Positions 57,893-58,080 of a DNA stretch of 58,080 nucleotides are shown here, piece by piece. How positions within the stretch are numbered: the stretch's first letter is position 1; every line of letters starts with the position of its first letter. The DNA is taken from IMG/VR virus record IMGVR_UViG_3300042894_007211. One strand, 5' to 3'. A model generated the notes under the pieces. That model was not told where the DNA came from, did no database searches, and saw only the letters and a program-made list of their open reading frames with translations. This stretch comes from an uncultured virus (IMG/VR IMGVR_UViG_3300042894_007211). Taxonomy: Duplodnaviria > Heunggongvirae > Uroviricota > Caudoviricetes. Position numbers and translations under genes: made by a program.

Positions 57893-58080
57893 AAAACTAT
57901 ATATTAAACTTTTTGTATAAATAATTATGAGAGTAGTTCAGAATCCTGATGGAACAGTTAGTATAGTAAATGAAGATGAAAAACCTGATGGTTATATCGA
58001 AGAGATTATTGTAGATAGTGTGTCATCGGAAGTTCCAAAATCTTTAATAGAAGAATGTGAAAGATTGTGTAAAGATGGTC

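Noticed and set aside
1..58080. Stop-codon reassignment (as in some large phages)
   Set aside because: Known genes read through intact in code 11, and TAA, TAG and TGA all end credible genes.
1..58080. Bacterial chromosome origin for the window
   Set aside because: Host-like genes are isolated from their usual operons amid dense short hypothetical ORFs; phage is more likely, though no hallmark capsid or terminase gene is in the window.

Overview
This AT-rich window of dense, mostly short ORFs on both strands is best read as accessory DNA from a large (jumbo) tailed phage of a Bacteroidetes host. Support: many TAnnTTTG promoter elements, a Bacteroidetes-type RpoD, DUF1573 and A-rich leaders. 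No capsid, terminase, rRNA, canonical tRNA or CRISPR was seen. Recognisable genes include rpoD-type sigma, clpP, a short uvrC, truncated paaA, an ABC transporter, tyrosinase, GH16, a sulfotransferase, glycosyltransferases, an NDP-sugar epimerase, methyltransferases, two GGCTs, an AAA ATPase and fibre-like proteins. Three larger patterns are visible directly in the sequence. (1) About 25 unrelated small proteins end in one short tag (R-x-x-K-[LI]-x-x-[LI], often ending LGI). Their cargoes include a Ser-less ACP mimic, a UVR domain, a 224-aa minimal family-B polymerase and a bare PolB motif-A peptide. (2) About 19 other proteins start with MK-[YH]-[LI]-K-x-[FY]-x-x-F/E, resembling the T4 capsid-targeting sequence, and mostly lie behind a TAATATATA element. 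(3) Eleven 26-bp 10+6+10 quasi-palindromes at 11.9-14.8 kb sit at an apparent C-to-G skew switch, a candidate replication origin. All functional roles are inferences from motif reading; no searches were run.
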